Positions 30,239 to 41,324 are shown, numbered from the stretch's first letter. The stretch: DNA of 64,000 nt from Methanoregula sp. (GCA_039698055.1 JBDKTL010000024.1:32001-96000), one strand, 5' to 3'. Notes: generated by a model not told the origin, from the sequence alone. Numbers and translations: made by a program.

Positions 30239-30523
30239 TCAGGATTTTTTCATCGCATCAAGGAGATTGATGAGATCATCAAGATCCTCGTTGAGATGTG
30301 CAAACAACTCCACCGTGCGTTTTGTTGCTACCGCACCATCCGTTGAAGCGCGGATATACCCCAGCTGCTCCAGCACATGAAGCGAGTACCGTATCCGGTG
30401 AGAGGGTAGATCAAGAAGCTCGGATAGTTTCATGATCCCAATCGGCTGGTGTTCTGTCACAGCCCGTGCTACGTCAAGATGTCGGCTCAATAGTTCGATC
30501 TCCTCCTTCATCTTGTCAAGCAT
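30239..30523 (-). CDS. Small winged-HTH protein (COG3388-like)
   Basis: RHL...PIGIMKLS...HRIRYSLHVLE..GYI..ST.GA. Confidence 0.8.
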   Translation of the reverse strand: MLDKMKEEIELLSRHLDVARAVTEHQPIGIMKLSELLDLPSHRIRYSLHVLEQLGYIRASTDGAVATKRTVELFAHLNEDLDDLINLLDAMKKS

Positions 30524-30545
30524 GATCTCTCACCGAAGTCCGGCA

Positions 30546-30794
30546 TTACGTATTTTTAGATTTACTTCCATGCTCTTCAAGCCATGCTTTTACCGCGTAG
30601 TATTTTTCCCTGAAATTCCACGTAAGAACTGCTGCAAGGATCAGCATCACGACAATTGCGGCAATGCGATACGGATTTGGCATGAGAAAAAATGCGATGA
30701 CCGAGAGGGCTACCAGCATAATGATGATGTTAAGCTGAACGGCGAGTCGGTAAAACGTCCACTTGAACTGGTTTTTGGCAGTATCATCCATCAC
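30546..30794 (-). CDS. Small two-TM hypothetical protein
   Basis: GAGGT SD; two hydrophobic helices. Confidence 0.7.
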   Translation of the reverse strand: MMDDTAKNQFKWTFYRLAVQLNIIIMLVALSVIAFFLMPNPYRIAAIVVMLILAAVLTWNFREKYYAVKAWLEEHGSKSKNT

Positions 30795-30850
30795 TCGTAC
30801 CTCAACTTTGGAATAAAAGTACTTGACGTTTCACGTACATATGATGATGA

Positions 30851-31978
30851 ATGGATGCACTTGACGCTGCGATAAAAAAATGCGGTGCGGATGCGTTTGT
30901 CCTTTACGCCTCATCAGATGAGGCTGATATGCGCTATCTCACCCGGGTAATTATGCATGATCCGTTCGTCTTTTTCAAACGGGTAAAGCAGCCCGCGACC
31001 ATTATCACCTCTCAGATGGAGGCCGAGCGCGCCTCCCACGAATCACCGGTTGCGGTCATAACAAGAACACAGGCAGGTCTTCTGGATATTATCAAAAAGG
31101 AAAAAAATCCATGGAGAGCAACAGCACACATGATCGCGGGGCAGACCGGGAAAAAAATACTGGTATCACCGACATTTCCCGCGGCGCTTGTCCGTGCGCT
31201 TGAAGAAATAGCCACCGTTTTTGTTGATGACGGCACGATAGAAAAGATGCGGGCAATAAAAACAAAAGACGAGATCCATTTGATAAAAAACGTTCAGAAA
31301 AACACGGAACGCGCGATGGCACTGGGCGTCACCCTTATCCGTAAGGCACAGGTCAAAAAAGGCATTCTTTACCGGGATGGCAAACCTCTCACTTCAGAAT
31401 CCGTGAGAACGGCGATGCAAACACAACTCATGGGCGCCGGGTGCCGGGCCGCCGAGACAATTGTATCCTGCGGCATGGATACGGCACTTCCCCATGTAAT
31501 CGGTACCGGACACCTTCTGGCAAATGAACCAATCGTCATCGATATGTTCCCCAAAGATGAAGGGACTGGGTATTTTGCCGACATGACACGTACAGTTTCG
31601 AAAGGAGCACCGGACCAGAAGCTTATTGAGATGTACGCGGCAGTCCGGGATGCACAGGCACTGGCGATCTCCCGAATCCATGCGGGCGTGCCCGGTTCAG
31701 AGATCCACCAGTCTGTTGTAGACCTGTTCAAAGACAGGGGATACGAGAGCAACACGACAGGATTTGTCCACAATCTCGGGCACGGCGTCGGGCTGCAGGT
31801 CCATGAACTCCCCACAGTCGGCCTGACTGGGCCCACTCTCAAAGCGGGTCACGTCATTACCGTCGAACCCGGACTCTATTATCCCGGAATTGGGGGCGTC
31901 CGGCTTGAAGATATGGGTGCAGTTACCGCAAGAGGATTCTCCAATTTCACCACGTTTCCCGAGGAATTAATTATATGA
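30851..31978 (+). CDS. Xaa-Pro peptidase (M24B)
   Basis: DMTRT, HNLGHGVGLQVHE, TVEPGLY, GGVRLED. Confidence 0.93.
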   Translation: MDALDAAIKKCGADAFVLYASSDEADMRYLTRVIMHDPFVFFKRVKQPATIITSQMEAERASHESPVAVITRTQAGLLDIIKKEKNPWRATAHMIAGQTGKKILVSPTFPAALVRALEEIATVFVDDGTIEKMRAIKTKDEIHLIKNVQKNTERAMALGVTLIRKAQVKKGILYRDGKPLTSESVRTAMQTQLMGAGCRAAETIVSCGMDTALPHVIGTGHLLANEPIVIDMFPKDEGTGYFADMTRTVSKGAPDQKLIEMYAAVRDAQALAISRIHAGVPGSEIHQSVVDLFKDRGYESNTTGFVHNLGHGVGLQVHELPTVGLTGPTLKAGHVITVEPGLYYPGIGGVRLEDMGAVTARGFSNFTTFPEELII

Positions 31979-32850
31979 ATGAAGATATCTTTGAAAAATA
32001 CCGTGCGGCAGGCATACTTGCAGCAAAAATTCTTAAATTTGGCGCACAGGAAATCCGCGTTGGCGTCTCCTATCTTGAATTTGTTGAATCTATAGAAACC
32101 CGGGTAAAAGAGGAGGGCGCGGATCTTGCATTCCCGCTGAATGTGTCACTGAATGAAGATGCAGCGCACGATACTGCATCTACCGGGGATACACGGGTTT
32201 TTTCCAGAGGCGATGTCGTAAAACTCGATCTTGGTGTTCAGATAGACGGGTACATCGCTGATACGGCAACCACCGTGGACCTTGGCAACAATACAAATCT
32301 CATCGAAGCATCCCGCCAGGCGCTGGATGCCGCAATAAAAAAAGTCAGACCCGGCGTTACCGCGGGGGAACTGGGTGCGGCAATCCAGTGTGGGATTGTG
32401 AGTCGGGGGTACCGCCCTGTCTCAAACCTCACGGGTCATGGACTGGACCAGTTCGTCGTCCACAAACCACCAACCATCCCCAATATTGCAATAAATGGTG
32501 GGGTGATCATTGAGGAGGGAATGGTCTTTGCGATCGAGCCGTTCGCAACCACCGGAAGCGGGCATGTCAATGAGAAAAGTCGGATGGAGATCTACTCGCA
32601 AATTGCGCATAAACCTGTCAGAATCCCGTCTGCCCGGGCAGTCATCGAGAATATTCAGGATCGCAGGGGATTACCCTTTGCCCGCCGCTGGCTCATGGAC
32701 AAAAAAATGGATTTCGCACTTGCCGGATTGGTCCGGGCTCAGGTGCTGACAGTCTACCCGGTATTATCGGATATTGCAGGTTCTCTTGTGTCACAACATG
32801 AGCATACGATGATCGTGACTGAAGATGGCTGCATCGTGACCACCCGCTGA
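31975..32850 (+). CDS. map: Methionine aminopeptidase type II
   Basis: AFPLN, AAH, KLDLG..DGYIADTA, NLTGH, AIEPF, SQHEHT. Confidence 0.96.
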   Translation: MNEDIFEKYRAAGILAAKILKFGAQEIRVGVSYLEFVESIETRVKEEGADLAFPLNVSLNEDAAHDTASTGDTRVFSRGDVVKLDLGVQIDGYIADTATTVDLGNNTNLIEASRQALDAAIKKVRPGVTAGELGAAIQCGIVSRGYRPVSNLTGHGLDQFVVHKPPTIPNIAINGGVIIEEGMVFAIEPFATTGSGHVNEKSRMEIYSQIAHKPVRIPSARAVIENIQDRRGLPFARRWLMDKKMDFALAGLVRAQVLTVYPVLSDIAGSLVSQHEHTMIVTEDGCIVTTR

Positions 32851-32894
32851 GATAATTATATTCATCTTTGCGACGAATTGTAAAGGTTATAGCC

Positions 32895-34169
32895 ATGTCT
32901 GGTGATTCTGATAGCCTTCAAATAATGGAAATCCTTCTGACTGCTGAAATATTCAATCAGAACCCGGAGCTCGATATTAATGATCTGACACCTGCGTGTC
33001 GGGAAATATTCTGCTCGGCCGGGGCAAAAGACGTCAAACGACCAGTCTTTGTGAGCGACGGACTGATCAAACGTTCCCTGAATATTGCAGATGCACACCT
33101 GAAAGTTTCCACCAATCCGTTTGTTGCGTATGAGGATTTTGGACAGCGTCTCCGGATCACCACGCTGACACCAGCTTCAGAGTGGTTTCTCAATCGGGGG
33201 GGCAGGGAATATATCGAAAAAAATCCGACTCTTGCATTTTTCTTTGAGGGTGTGGATTCAACGGGCATTACCTATGACGCCGTCCGTCGTCTCAATCCGC
33301 CCTATGAAGATACCAAAGCATTCCTTGACGCAAAAATTTCCAAGCTCATCAGCGAAGATGAAAAACTGCGCGGCGCTCTTGACCTTGTGATTGTCAGTTC
33401 TCCCGAAGAAGTGGATCAGCAGATGGAGGATCTCATCTGCACTGCAGAGCAGACCGCCATTATTGGCAAGATCCATCATGCACTTCACCACCGGGAATTT
33501 TTAAACACTCACAAGATATTCGAAGTGGGAAAACTCCTTTTTGTCGGACCGCCCGGGACGGGGAAAACATCTCTTGCCCTCGCAATGTCGCATTCCATGC
33601 ACATGCCAATTCTTGAAGTGCGATTATCGATGATCACCTCTCAGTACCTCGGTGAAACCTCAAAAAACATCGATAAAATCTTTGATTTGGCCAAGAGTCT
33701 CTCCCCGGCAATTCTCTTCATCGATGAATTTGATTTCGTCGCGAAAAGCCGGGTTGGCGATGATCATGGGGCAATGAAACGAGCCGTCAATGCGCTCCTG
33801 AAAAATATCGATAAGATCAGCCTGATTAAAAACGGTGTGATTTTGATCGCAGCGACTAACCACCCCCAGCTTCTTGATGAAGCTGCGTGGCGGCGATTCG
33901 ACGAAGTGGTCGAATTCTCCCTGCCAAATGAAGAGATGCGAAAAGAGATCTTAAGAAAAGTTACCTCTTTGATGAAATGCACATGCGATTTCCAGGAACT
34001 TGCCGCGCAGACAGAGGGTTTTTCGGGTGCAGATATCCGGCTCACCATTAAAGAGGCGTTGCTCTCCGCACTCATCGACAAGCGCGAGACCATCGAGCGC
34101 ATTGATATTGACAAAGGCATCCGCATGGTTCGAAACCGTGAAGCAATCCGTAACCTGAACTGGTTGTAG
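32895..34169 (+). CDS. AAA+ ATPase with uncharacterised N-terminal domain
   Basis: GPPGTGKT, SQYLGET, LFIDEFD, AATNHPQLLD.A.WRRFD. Confidence 0.9.
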   Translation: MSGDSDSLQIMEILLTAEIFNQNPELDINDLTPACREIFCSAGAKDVKRPVFVSDGLIKRSLNIADAHLKVSTNPFVAYEDFGQRLRITTLTPASEWFLNRGGREYIEKNPTLAFFFEGVDSTGITYDAVRRLNPPYEDTKAFLDAKISKLISEDEKLRGALDLVIVSSPEEVDQQMEDLICTAEQTAIIGKIHHALHHREFLNTHKIFEVGKLLFVGPPGTGKTSLALAMSHSMHMPILEVRLSMITSQYLGETSKNIDKIFDLAKSLSPAILFIDEFDFVAKSRVGDDHGAMKRAVNALLKNIDKISLIKNGVILIAATNHPQLLDEAAWRRFDEVVEFSLPNEEMRKEILRKVTSLMKCTCDFQELAAQTEGFSGADIRLTIKEALLSALIDKRETIERIDIDKGIRMVRNREAIRNLNWL

Positions 34170-34170
34170 G

Positions 34171-34893
34171 ATGAAACTCACGCTGCTTGGAACCGGGGAT
34201 GCAATCGGGACACCCAAGGTGGGGTGCGACTGCCCCCAGTGCGCCCGTGCCAAAAAAACCGGTGTAACACGGTTGCGCACATCCCTTCTTCTCGAAAATG
34301 AGGGGCGGCATATCCTGATCGATACTTCTCCCGATCTCCGCCAGCAACTGCTCCGCCATGGTTCACCGCATATCGATGCCGTTATCTGGACTCATGGACA
34401 CTACGATCATTTTACCGGATTTGGCGAGTTCTATCGTGTGCAAAACATCCCCCCGGTATTTGCAGCAGCCCCGGTGCTGAACTATTGTGCAGAGGCGTTC
34501 CGGTTTCTGTCCTTTGAAAAATTTACCGTAGAACCCTACCAGCCGTTTGAGCTTTTTGGAGTTTCCATCACTCCGTTTCTCGTCCGACACCCCCCCGCGT
34601 TTACAACAGGGTTCGTGTTTGAATCCGGGGGTGCTCGTATTGGGTTTACCTCTGATACTAATGCTGATATTCCGGAGAGCAGTCTTGACCTGCTTAAAAA
34701 TTGCGATCTGTTGCTCCTCGATGCACTTGTCCCTTCATCAACCCACGTCTATAAACACATGAACTATCTTGAGGCATGTACCCTTGCCGAACGACTCAAA
34801 CCAAAAGAATACCGGTGCACCCATATCAGTCATCTGATGCCATGGGAATACCCGCACCTCTCAAGCGACGGGGATGTTTTTGAATTCCCGTAA
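34171..34893 (+). CDS. Metallo-beta-lactamase fold hydrolase (PhnP-like)
   Basis: LLGTG, CDCPQC, THGHYDH, SDT, HISH. Confidence 0.9.
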   Translation: MKLTLLGTGDAIGTPKVGCDCPQCARAKKTGVTRLRTSLLLENEGRHILIDTSPDLRQQLLRHGSPHIDAVIWTHGHYDHFTGFGEFYRVQNIPPVFAAAPVLNYCAEAFRFLSFEKFTVEPYQPFELFGVSITPFLVRHPPAFTTGFVFESGGARIGFTSDTNADIPESSLDLLKNCDLLLLDALVPSSTHVYKHMNYLEACTLAERLKPKEYRCTHISHLMPWEYPHLSSDGDVFEFP

Positions 34894-34985
34894 GAAAAAA
34901 TCACATCTTTTAATGAGGGCAGATGTTCTTACATGGTGATTTCTACCCATACTTTAATAGTTTACAGGTGCCCAAACATAGGTGC

Positions 34986-35258
34986 ATGATTGTAAAAGTA
35001 CTTGAGCTCGAAAAAGACAAGGCACGAATTGTCATCCAAGGAGAGGGTCACACATTTATGAACGCCCTTGTCGATGAGATCGTGAGTGATCCTGATGTAG
35101 ATGTCGCAAAATACGTTATCGAGTTCCAATTCTCAGATCCTGAATTGCTCGTTACAACAAAAGGCAAGAAAAATCCGCTCACTGTCATCAAAAAGGCATG
35201 CAAACGGATTTCTGGGCATTGCGACGAGCTCTTGAAAGGTCTTTCAAAACGTAAGTAA
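34986..35258 (+). CDS. rpoL: RNA polymerase subunit Rpo11 (L)
   Basis: GEGHTFMNAL..EI..DPDV..AKY; AGGTG SD. Confidence 0.88.
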   Translation: MIVKVLELEKDKARIVIQGEGHTFMNALVDEIVSDPDVDVAKYVIEFQFSDPELLVTTKGKKNPLTVIKKACKRISGHCDELLKGLSKRK

Positions 35259-35521
35259 CTCTTTTTTACCAATATCTTTTTGATCGTTTTTTTGTTTTCA
35301 TCTGTTAATAGAATTAAACGTGGAAAAATCTGCCCGTTACGAGTGTTCACTATCGTCATAATGGAGTATGCCCCCCATACACACAAAAACAGGATCCGGG
35401 GAATGAGTGGTGTGTTGAAGCAGAGGGGAGTGTAAAAGAGTTTACCCAAGTAGAGACGGTTAGACAACGATTAAAAAAAGGATTTGCGGAGATCTACCCA
35501 GATCCGGTGCCCAAAATTAGA

Positions 35522-36139
35522 TTATTCTGTGGCTCGTTCGGTAAAGACAATTGAACCGGAGATGCGGGAGATCTTGATTTTCACACTCTGTCCCGGTTTT
35601 GCGTTTGCCACGTACATGATGTAACGACCCATCTTTACCACACCATCGCCACGTTTGGAGATCGACTGGATCTCAACATCCATAACCTGACCTTCCTCAA
35701 GTGTTTCAGATACCGGTTCGCTGCGGACTTTTCGCTTCCGGACCGGACGGTGCCCACCACAGGCATCGCAGCGCAGGAGAAGGATCCGGTCATCCTTGAC
35801 AAGGCGTGTATCTGGTTTCCCGCATTCAGAGCAGATGACATAATCATCAACATAACTTTTAATGATCATCTTCACGAGCGAGATCTCAAATTTACCGTTG
35901 AAAATTGCACGGTTGCCATCGATTTTACCCGATGTTCCCATCTCACCGAGCATATATTTCATCATGTGATCTTTATCGCGGCGGACAGTGTCAGCGATCT
36001 CGGTAAAATTCTCTAATATGGTCGTTTTACCTTCGATATACGCTTTCACCTCGGGAACGACAAAACGTTCAGATGACTCCGTCTTCTCGGAGATATGGGA
36101 ATACGCACTTTTTAAGAGATCTTCATACGGGTCCGTCAT
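35522..36139 (-). CDS. eif2b: Translation initiation factor aIF-2 beta with C-terminal TRAM domain
   Basis: [12 protein letters not shown]...CDACG; GDGV...PGQSVKI. Confidence 0.95.
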   Translation of the reverse strand: MTDPYEDLLKSAYSHISEKTESSERFVVPEVKAYIEGKTTILENFTEIADTVRRDKDHMMKYMLGEMGTSGKIDGNRAIFNGKFEISLVKMIIKSYVDDYVICSECGKPDTRLVKDDRILLLRCDACGGHRPVRKRKVRSEPVSETLEEGQVMDVEIQSISKRGDGVVKMGRYIMYVANAKPGQSVKIKISRISGSIVFTERATE

Positions 36140-36399
36140 AATTGTATAATATAAATGCGCCGCCGATGTAAAAAGGGTTTCCCAGCACCATTTTGCTATC
36201 CCCCCATACCGGCCTGATTCCCAGTGGTGTTTAAAATATGAACCAACATAACAGGGACAGGCATATACTATTAGCGAGTGTAAGAAATATGCTCCACGAG
36301 CGCTCTTACCAATCCGTTGCAGGGATCAAAGACGGAGGTGCATATCTCCGTCAGTTTAAACAAATTATATATTGTTGTTGAGATGGCAGTTCACGAGTA

Positions 36400-36888
36400 T
36401 CACGCGGAATCTTTTGCAGCCTGAATAAGTTTACGGAGCTCTCCATTCTTCTTGTCGTTTTCGATATCTTTCTGATGGATTGCAACTGCACCGCAAAATT
36501 TCATGTCCCGTGCCTCAATCCATTTTTTTAAAATCTCTTCTGTGTCCCCCGGACGACCCCCATGTGTGCAGTACGCTACGGCGCTCTTGCCTCCGCACCC
36601 CTTGACCGAAGCAATCGCGGCGTGGATTGCCGGTGTCGGCTTGAATGCCCAGACCGGCGACCCGAACACAAGAATATCATAACCGGATACATCAATCGAT
36701 GCAGGCTCAATGGGAACCGTCTCCTCGTTTCGCGCCCGCTTGCACCGCACAAGGAAACGGGTCAGCGCGGAGTATGCGGCGCGATCGTATACCTCAACCA
36801 GATGACAATCGACTACCGATGACATGTGTTGCGCGATATGACGCGTGTTCCCGGTTTCGCTATGGTAAATGATGCAGACTTTCATCAT
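36400..36888 (-). CDS. Flavodoxin family protein
   Basis: YHSETGNT, GSPVW, THGG. Confidence 0.85.
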   Translation of the reverse strand: MMKVCIIYHSETGNTRHIAQHMSSVVDCHLVEVYDRAAYSALTRFLVRCKRARNEETVPIEPASIDVSGYDILVFGSPVWAFKPTPAIHAAIASVKGCGGKSAVAYCTHGGRPGDTEEILKKWIEARDMKFCGAVAIHQKDIENDKKNGELRKLIQAAKDSA

Positions 36889-36939
36889 GATAGTGTGAGA
36901 ACTGCACCATAAAAAGGTATCAAAAGAAAAAGTAGATGA

Positions 36940-38019
36940 TTATTTCTTCCTGCCTGTTGTCTTTACAGCAGTTTTTGCTACGGTTTTTATGGGTTTTTTA
37001 GCGGTTTTTTCTGCAGTTTTTGTCTCTTTTGCTTTCTTAAACTGGGGCATAAGACCACGGACTTCCCTGCCCACTTCCTCAATAAGGTGGTCCTCGTCGG
37101 CTTTTGTGAGTGCGTTGAACACCGGGCGGTTCACCGTATTCTCAAGCATCCATTCCTTTGCAAACTCCCCGCTCTGGATCTCATAGAGAATATCCTCCAT
37201 CGCATCGTAACTCTCATCACCGATGACCCGTGGCCCTCGTGTGAGATCGCCGTACTGCGCGGTATTGCTGATATACTTGCGCATGTTCGTGAGCCCGCCT
37301 TCGTAGATGAGATCAACGATCAGTTTTGTCTCGTGAAGTACCTCAAGATATGCCATCTCGGGCGCATACCCGGCATCCACAAGGGTCTCAAATCCTGCTT
37401 TAATAAGCGATGTCATACCACCGCAGAGAACAGCCTGCTCTCCGAATAGGTCGGTCTCGGTTTCCTCACGGAATGAGGTCTCAAGGACAACCGCCCGCGT
37501 CGCGCCGATTCCCTTTGCGTAGGCAAGGGCAATTTTATGCGCTTTACCGGTCGCATCCTGCTGGACGGCGATAAGAGCGGGCACGCCGTTTCCTTCTTCA
37601 TATTGACGGCGCACCATGAACCCGGGTCCCTTGGGCGCCACCATTACCACATCCACATCAGCGGGTGGGACGATCTGCCCGAAATGAATGTTAAATCCAT
37701 GGGAGAACATGAGGCATTTGTTCCGGGTCAGATGAGGCATAATCTCCGTCCGGTACACCGCTGCCTGGTGTTCATCCGGGAGAAGAACCTGAATGATATC
37801 GGACTTTTTTACCGCCTCTGCAACGGTCATTACCCTCATGCCGTCTTTTTTTGCCGCGTCCCAGCTCTTGCCCGGGCGCAGCCCGATCACAACGTCAAGC
37901 CCACTATCGCGCAGGTTCAGCGATTGCCCTCTACCTTGGGAGCCATAACCGATCACTGCGATGTGCTTTCCTTTCAGCACCGAGAGATCAGCATCCGCCT
38001 CATAGTATTTTTTTAACAT
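36940..38019 (-). CDS. ilvC: Ketol-acid reductoisomerase
   Basis: [34 protein letters not shown]. Confidence 0.97.
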   Translation of the reverse strand: MLKKYYEADADLSVLKGKHIAVIGYGSQGRGQSLNLRDSGLDVVIGLRPGKSWDAAKKDGMRVMTVAEAVKKSDIIQVLLPDEHQAAVYRTEIMPHLTRNKCLMFSHGFNIHFGQIVPPADVDVVMVAPKGPGFMVRRQYEEGNGVPALIAVQQDATGKAHKIALAYAKGIGATRAVVLETSFREETETDLFGEQAVLCGGMTSLIKAGFETLVDAGYAPEMAYLEVLHETKLIVDLIYEGGLTNMRKYISNTAQYGDLTRGPRVIGDESYDAMEDILYEIQSGEFAKEWMLENTVNRPVFNALTKADEDHLIEEVGREVRGLMPQFKKAKETKTAEKTAKKPIKTVAKTAVKTTGRKK

Positions 38020-38174
38020 AATTGATCTGTTTGATATCAGCAACAAAGCACATAAATATTATATAAAAAAACTAAAGAAGCAGACTTGAAAAACTATTCT
38101 GGATGCGATGACTTATTAATTCAACACCTGTAAAGGATATCCCTGATCAGCCCTTCAGCGGGAAATTACCTGAT

Positions 38175-39110
38175 GTGCAGTCAACCTTGCCAGACGTGCG
38201 TATCAACCTGACCCGTGTCGGAGTGAAAAATGTTAAAAAACTCGTGGAAGTGACCCGTGCTGATAGGCGCCCGGTTATTTTTATCTCGAATTTCAATGTC
38301 TATGTCGATCTGCCCGGAAGCCTGAAAGGTGCAAACCTTTCCCGTAATTTCGAAGTAATTGATGAAGTTCTCCAGCAGGCAATTGAAGGTAAGGTCAGCG
38401 AGATCGAAAACCTGTGCAGCGCGGTTGCACGGAAACTGCTTGATCGCCATGAATATGCAGACCGGACCGAAGTCCTGATGAGAAGTGAGTTCATGGTAAA
38501 ACGGGAGACCCCGGTCAGCCATACAACCTGTCACGAAGTTGTAAAGGTACATGCACGGGCGATCGCCAAACGCACCTTCCGTGACCCTATTGTGCGTAAG
38601 AGCATCGGGGCTGAAGTAACTGGAATGACAGCCTGCCCATGCGCCCAGAATATTATGAAAGAGCGGGCGAACCAGGTACTGGAAAGCCTCGGCGTCGAGC
38701 AGAACACAATCGATGCTTTCTTCGAAGAAGTTCCCATGGCAACACATAACCAGCGTGGCCGGGGTTTCCTCTGCATCGAAACCGATGACGACCAGCATGT
38801 CGATCTGGAAAAAATTATCCAAATCCTCAAAGGTTCGATGAGTGCCGGGATTTATGAACTCCTGAAACGAGGCGATGAGGGTGCGGTGGTTCTCTCCGCG
38901 CACAAAAACCCCCGGTTTGTGGAAGACTGCGTTCGTGAAATGGCAAAGCGGGTACTTGCGGAATTCAGTTATCTTCCCGGGGATTCCGTGGTCACGATCA
39001 AGCAGACAAATGAGGAGAGTATTCACCAACATGACGCCTATGCGGAGAGGCGGGCAACCCTTGCCGAACTGCTGGATGAGTTAAATGGTGAAAATAAATA
39101 TACTGACTGA
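38175..39110 (+). CDS. mptA: GTP cyclohydrolase MptA (FolE2 family)
   Basis: KGANLSR, GMTACPCA, THNQRG, LLKR.DE, NPRFVED, EESIH.H. Confidence 0.92.
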   Translation: MQSTLPDVRINLTRVGVKNVKKLVEVTRADRRPVIFISNFNVYVDLPGSLKGANLSRNFEVIDEVLQQAIEGKVSEIENLCSAVARKLLDRHEYADRTEVLMRSEFMVKRETPVSHTTCHEVVKVHARAIAKRTFRDPIVRKSIGAEVTGMTACPCAQNIMKERANQVLESLGVEQNTIDAFFEEVPMATHNQRGRGFLCIETDDDQHVDLEKIIQILKGSMSAGIYELLKRGDEGAVVLSAHKNPRFVEDCVREMAKRVLAEFSYLPGDSVVTIKQTNEESIHQHDAYAERRATLAELLDELNGENKYTD

Positions 39111-39404
39111 TTTTCCTTCAATAATTCATTTTATACAATCCCATTAAATTCTTTTACTCTATTTTCACCACCCCCTGATCATTTTTATATTAATTATACA
39201 GGCTGCATTTTCTATTCAAAATGCAATTTTGTTCCTGATTCTGTTTTTCGTCGATTCGAAGATAATATAATAAACGTTAAAAAGGGGCTCGTGTAAGATA
39301 GATCGAACGTACTTTGTACGGTCAGTTATCTCTAGAGATGAGAGAGGTATAGAGTAATTTTGTACCGAAATATGAACAACTCAACATAAAATGAGGCGAT
39401 AATA

Positions 39405-40772
39405 TTGTCGAAAGTTGTAGAGATTTCCCCAACCACAAGGCATGAAGGACATTCCAAGCTTGTCTTGAAGGTTAACGACGCAGGTATCATTGAGACGGGT
39501 AACTGGCTTTCCATTACTCCGGTCAGGGGCGTTGAGAGGCTTGCAGTCGGTAAAACGATGGAGCAGGTCCCGAAGATCGCGTCCCGCGTTTGTGGTATCT
39601 GTCCGATTGCCCACACACTCGCCGGGATCGAATCGATGGAAGCATCCATCAAGTGTGAGATCCCCCGCGATGCATACCTTCTGCGTGTGGTCCTTCAGTG
39701 TGCCAACAGGCTGCACAGCCACGCACTGCACAACATCCTGACGTTACCCGATATGTATATTCCGGGCACCGACACTAAGATCAACCCGTTCACTCCGGAA
39801 GAACCGGTGCGCAGCGTAGCAAAGCGTATCCAGCGGCTCCGCGAAATTGCACAGACTATCGGCGAGATTGCCGGTGGAGAGGCTATCCACCCGAGCAACC
39901 CACGCGTTGGTGGCATGTACAAGGCATGCTCCCCACAGGCAAAGACCAAGATGTACGACCTTGCTAAGGAAGGACTTGTTCTTGCCCACGATCAAATGGA
40001 CTTCATGATCGCAGTCCTGCGCAACTACCAGAAGCGCGACTGGGCAGAAGTCGGTGGCAAGCAGATCAAGATCCCGAAGGATCTCGGTTACCACGACCAA
40101 GGTTATATGGCAACCCACCCGGTCTATGGAAGCTCCAGCCTTGACGAATGCCCCACTTGGGACTACAGCCGGTTCAAGGAGAGCCGGCCGTGGGACTGGT
40201 ATATGGGCGAGAGTGAGATCACACTCGAAGACCCGACCTACCCCGTCGGTGGTACTACCAAAATGGGCACCAAGGCAAACCCGCAGATGGAAGCCTGCAC
40301 AGGTATCCCATGCTATGATGGTGCACCGGTCGAAGTCGGCCCCCGCGCCCGCTTGGTCAAGTTCAAGAACTTTGACGAGAAGGGCACCATTGGCCAGCAG
40401 GTCGCCCGCCAGATGGAATACCCGGACTGCCTGACTGCAATGATCTCAGCATTGGACGAATACAACCCCAATGGAAAGATCGTCGCTGATTATATTCCAC
40501 AGGGTGACGGCTCCATGGGCTGGGCAGCCAACGAAGCCCCCCGTGGTACCGATGTCCACCTTGCAAAAGTCAAGAATGGAAAAGTGCTCTGGTACTCGAT
40601 GCTTGTCCCGACCACATGGAACTTTGCAACCTGCAGCGCTGCACTTAAGGGTGCCCCGTGGCAGCTTGCCGAAGTCATCGTTCGTGGGTATGACCCCTGT
40701 GTGTCATGTGCAACGCACATGATTGTCATCGATGAGGACAAGAAAGTAGTTGCTCAGCAACTCATCCAGTGA
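39405..40772 (+). CDS. frhA: F420-reducing [NiFe] hydrogenase large subunit
   Basis: TRHEGH, RVCGICP, DPCVSCATH (Cys form, no Sec). Confidence 0.96.
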   Translation: MSKVVEISPTTRHEGHSKLVLKVNDAGIIETGNWLSITPVRGVERLAVGKTMEQVPKIASRVCGICPIAHTLAGIESMEASIKCEIPRDAYLLRVVLQCANRLHSHALHNILTLPDMYIPGTDTKINPFTPEEPVRSVAKRIQRLREIAQTIGEIAGGEAIHPSNPRVGGMYKACSPQAKTKMYDLAKEGLVLAHDQMDFMIAVLRNYQKRDWAEVGGKQIKIPKDLGYHDQGYMATHPVYGSSSLDECPTWDYSRFKESRPWDWYMGESEITLEDPTYPVGGTTKMGTKANPQMEACTGIPCYDGAPVEVGPRARLVKFKNFDEKGTIGQQVARQMEYPDCLTAMISALDEYNPNGKIVADYIPQGDGSMGWAANEAPRGTDVHLAKVKNGKVLWYSMLVPTTWNFATCSAALKGAPWQLAEVIVRGYDPCVSCATHMIVIDEDKKVVAQQLIQ

Positions 40773-40784
40773 GTGTGTACCCCG

Positions 40785-41324
40785 ATGTTGTATCCGGAGA
40801 TCGTGATAGCAGGGTGCGGAAACCCCCTGTTTGCCGATGACGGTTTTGGACCGGCTGTCGTTGCGGAACTAAGAAAACTTACACTTCCCGACAATGTGAA
40901 AGTAGAGGATGCAGGCCTTGGTGGCCCGCATTTTATTTTTACGCTGCTCGATCCGGAAGTGACAAAAAAACTAGTGATTATTGACATTGCCGATTTTGGT
41001 GCTGAACCGGGGGAGATAACAAAACTCCGCGTGGAAGATCTGCCACCGGGCGCCTACCGTGACGCCCATTCGTGGGATCTGGCCGAACCGCTTCAACGCT
41101 TAAAAGACAGCATCGATATTACGATTATCGGATGTCAGCCAAAACGGGTTACATCACCCGAATTTGAAATCGGGCTTTCTGAAGAGATGATGAAAGCGAT
41201 ACCAAAGACGATTCGGGTAGTGCTGGATACTATAGGAGTGGATTATGGGACTACTATCAAGTGTCTTCAAGAAGAACGTCAGCGAGGAACCGCTCAAACC
41301 AGCAGCGGCCCCGCAGAAAACTGA
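40785..41324 (+). CDS. frhD: Hydrogenase maturation protease
   Basis: GCGNPLFADDGFG, DAHSW. Confidence 0.92.
   Translation: MLYPEIVIAGCGNPLFADDGFGPAVVAELRKLTLPDNVKVEDAGLGGPHFIFTLLDPEVTKKLVIIDIADFGAEPGEITKLRVEDLPPGAYRDAHSWDLAEPLQRLKDSIDITIIGCQPKRVTSPEFEIGLSEEMMKAIPKTIRVVLDTIGVDYGTTIKCLQEERQRGTAQTSSGPAEN

Noticed and set aside
38181-39032. 283-aa minus-strand ORF
   Set aside because: Antisense shadow of mptA.
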